Assembly: GCA_964270895.1 (NCBI GenBank)
Contig: OZ185439.1
DNA: 64,000 nt
Strand: one strand, 5' to 3'
DNA from: Podarcis filfolensis
Lineage: Eukaryota
In this document: positions 60,698-64,000 of the stretch, in pieces
How the letters are laid out: the number at the start of each line of letters is the position of its first letter
Position numbering within the stretch: the first letter of the stretch is position 1
Notes under the pieces: model-generated
Databases searched by the model: none
Told to the model about the DNA's origin: nothing
The model's input: only the letters and a program-made list of their open reading frames with translations
Program-made: the position numbers and the translations under genes

Positions 60698-60840
60698 CTG
60701 GAAAGGGAGAGTAAACTGTTATCAACAAAATATTTGATATTTCTTAGGTCCCATTCAGTGATGTTTCAACACTATTACTTAATTTCCTACAATCAACCAT
60801 TTCATTATTTTCTCTTTTACTGACCGGCAAGGATTTAAAG

Positions 60841-61247
60841 CAGGGTTGGAGAACCCTTTTCAGCTAGTGTTGCTTTTGATGGGTGAGGCCACAGTGAAAA
60901 GTGGCTCGCATAAAATATGTAAACTTTACCTTTATACAGTAGGTTAATTTCGATATCCTCTTTTAAACCACACTCAGCCAAGCAAAATACATTAGCAGAG
61001 TTTAAGGACAGAATCAAGCCAGGTAAAAGGACTCTAGTAGGTTGCAATCTGAGGGTGGGACTTTTTATTTTTATTTACTTATCAAATTTATACACCACCC
61101 TTCCTCACAGGATCTTAGGGTTTGAGGAAATGAGGTGTGGCTGGGGAGGGTATGTGGTGTAGGGAGAGTCCTGAGGGCCAAAAAGAAAACCTTAGAGGGC
61201 CATATTTGTCCCCCCACCCCCCGCCGGCCTGAGGATCCCCATCCCTA
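60841..61247. mobile_element. Older hAT MITE
   Basis: Degenerate TIRs cagggttggagaacc / ggatccccatcccta and 8-bp TSD ATTTAAAG. Confidence 0.7.
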
Positions 61248-61575
61248 ATTTAAAGTCTGTAACCTATATAGCATTTCAAACTTTCTGCTGAAATAAATAT
61301 TGAGTAAAATATGTGTTTTCTTTACAAGGTAACAACTAGGTGGGCTGTGATGACAAGAGAACAAACATTTGGAAATAAGACCACAACCATGGTTCCTATG
61401 TTGTGTTGTGTTAGAATGCATAACTCACCTGAAAGGAACAGAATAGCAAAGGAAAAGGGGGGGGGGGCGAGGTTTCAGGAACTACGTGCTTTTACATTAC
61501 AACTTAAAGATTATCTTAAGCACTGCTTAAGTTTGAGTCTGTTGTCTTTTCATATTCCCATATAAATGGCCAAGA

Positions 61576-61800
61576 AAGCAACTGTGGCGTATTGGTTAGA
61601 GTGTTGAACTAGAATTAGGGAGACTCAGGTTAAAATCCCTGCTCATTTATGTAGCTCACCAGGTGACCTTGGGCCAGTCACTACTTCACAGCCTAACTTG
61701 TCTCACAGGATTGTTGAGAGGGTAAAAAAGGGGAGGAGGACATGTATGACACCACGAATTCCTTCAAAGAAAGACGAAATGTAAGTGTAACAAATAAATA
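61576..61800 (+). mobile_element. tRNA-derived SINE (MIR/CORE- or Squam3-like)
   Basis: A box TGGCGTATTGG at 61585-61595, B-box-like GGTTAAAATCC at 61628-61638, CORE-like gtgaccttgggccagtcact, tail aataaata. Confidence 0.75.
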
Positions 61801-61803
61801 TAC

Positions 61804-61898
61804 CATATTCAACTCCATCCTCTGACATTCCTGGAAGCAAGTTCAGATTATAACGATCTCGCATTTTATCTCCAGGACGATTCCGGGTCCAGAATTTG
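61804..61898 (-). CDS. WDR33: WDR33 exon (KFWTRNRPGDKMRDRYNLNLLPGMSEDGVEY)
   Basis: Acceptor ttaacag, donor gtatat; 95 nt. Confidence 0.94.
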
Positions 61899-62999
61899 CT
61901 GTTAAAATAAAACTAAGAGATAGTATCCTCTGTTGATTTATAAGTTAAGCCTTCATTACTCAGAGCCAGTAACTCTTAACATCCTCTAACTCTGAAGTTT
62001 TTTTAAAAAAGTTATTTTAAATGTGTATTAGCTTCTTCTTGTTTTCTACTGGACCACTTCAAGTTGTGATGGCTACTGAATTGGGTGGTCCCTCACCATC
62101 TGCCAGTAGTAGAGAGTAGAGGTAGAGTACCCACTCCTTGCTGTGCACATAGTTCCAAGTAACCTAAATAAGCAGTAGAGTTGCTTCTAAAGCAGAAAGG
62201 GAAATCTGTTCTGCATCAACAGCCACAGTAGAAAGCTATTGCCAGCCAGAACCAGACTAATAATACAATTTGTGTAACATCTTACAATGGTGTAAACTTG
62301 TACTTAACCAATAGGCTTGTTTCACATATTATTGGGTGCCAACAGGGTTGCACAGAACTCTGCTATATCTTGAAAATGTATATATTAAAAAATTACACTT
62401 CACCCTTTAAGTATGAATACTATCAGAGCAATCAAAAGAGATAAAAACAATAATAAACTATAATAAAGCAGACTTACAAGTTACTCTTTCATTATGTTCA
62501 GCAATACCCATGCCAAAAGAAATAATCTAGTTCAATAATGTGTTACATCTGGGCTGCTATCCAGTGAAGTTGTCCTATTAGTACAAGGAGTTCTTACTGC
62601 ACATCATAATTTTCTCTCCCTCATCTCGCCTTGTGCCCCCCCTCCAAATCTGTTCTTGGGGGTTCTCAAAATCCTCGGGAGCAGATGCGGGGGGGTGGGG
62701 GATGGAAACTTCCATTAAACAAATGGAACTCCTCATGCTAAGGGAACTGTGCTGTTGAATACCTGCCCTGGTGTGTATAACTGTTTGAGCACAATGGCCA
62801 TTCTGTAGTCCTTTTCACCTTGATAAGAAGGGGCACAAAGTATCAGTGGTAATGATACAATAAATTTGTCTTTTTTAAACTCTCAAAACAGTCAAATCAT
62901 TGTATGGGAAATGCATCCGGAAGACAAAAATGTATCAAGGAGTTAGTGATCTGATACGGTTACCCTTCCTGCCTCTACTCCTTCCCCCTCCCCCGCTCT

Positions 63000-63459
63000 T
63001 GTTAAGTATTTTGATGGTGTGAGAACAGTCTTTAATGTCCTGAGAATGTTGGGAGGAGGTGAAGTCCCCCACACAGCTGCCTTAATCAGTTCGGAGGATA
63101 GTGCTGGGTACCTTCTTTGATGTTGGACATTGTTTTGAGAAAGTGAGGCACTGGGAGGGGATGGCTAATGGATGATCTGCACGTAGTCAGTCTTGGAAGC
63201 CACAGGCTACCTATAAAACCGGACCATTTGGGCAGAGTTTCTTTGAAGCTCGTGCAGGGACTGATTGACTGCAGGGCCGTGCAAACTGAGGCTACCTGGG
63301 GAAGTCGCTTTGCCACTTCTTGAGGGCTTCCAAGTGGCAGAGGGAAGTGCTTGCTTGGTATGTATACATTGCTTGTTGTCTAAGAATAAAATCTATAATC
63401 TTCTGTATTTTGTATTGCTTCTGAATCTATCTTAAAAGAACCTTGCCTTTGGCAAGACA
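63000..63459 (+). mobile_element. Possible solo LTR
   Basis: TG...CA ends, TATAAAA at 63212-63218 and AATAAA at 63385-63390 in U3-R-U5 order; no TSD found. Confidence 0.4.
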
Positions 63460-63671
63460 ATCATCTCCTGCAGCTTTTCTATGTTTAATGTACTATATTT
63501 CACCCCGTCTCTTTCAGTAGTTAAATCTTCCAGCTTGCTGAATGATCATATTTGATTTCATTTCGTTTCACAGTGTATTCTTTTTAATCACGATGAAAGG
63601 TAAAGTACCATGAATAACAGCTGATTGCATTAGTATGAATGTGTAAATGAAATGTACTATATTAAAAGCTA

Positions 63672-63998
<327 letters not shown>

Positions 63999-64000
63999 AT

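Noticed and set aside
61576-61650. tRNA gene
   Set aside because: The A and B boxes are followed by a CORE-like body and A-rich tail, there is no convincing cloverleaf, and the B box is mutated; this is a SINE.

Overview
Vertebrate genomic DNA from a squamate reptile, probably a lacertid lizard (it carries a Sauria SINE plus CR1, L2, Penelope and many MITE insertions). There are no prokaryotic features. I rebuilt five genes by hand from GT-AG boundaries with consistent reading phase. In order: the last 10 coding exons of MYO7B (+, 180-8487); complete LIMS2/PINCH-2 (-, 10 coding exons, 41799 down to 14084, 341 aa); GPR17 (+, single coding exon 25705-26721) nested antisense in LIMS2 intron 4; intronless SFT2D3 (+, 43518-44159) head-to-head with LIMS2; and the last 12 coding exons of WDR33 (-, 63993 down to 49144). 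This is the gene order I recall from mammals. The most notable observations: (1) an in-frame alternative first coding exon of LIMS2 at 36157-36278; (2) a TA-flanked Tc1/mariner-pogo-type DNA element carrying an internal 154-bp tandem array; (3) a CTCF + TCF/LEF + SOX motif cluster 3' of GPR17; (4) an in-frame stop that rules out a human-type long GPR17 isoform through the same acceptor; (5) a SINE-junction AATAAA that may terminate WDR33; (6) several TE insertions next to splice sites, UTRs or promoters. Protein and repeat-family identifications rest on my recollection of orthologues and consensus sequences; no database search was run. I found no evidence for a wholly new multi-gene system.
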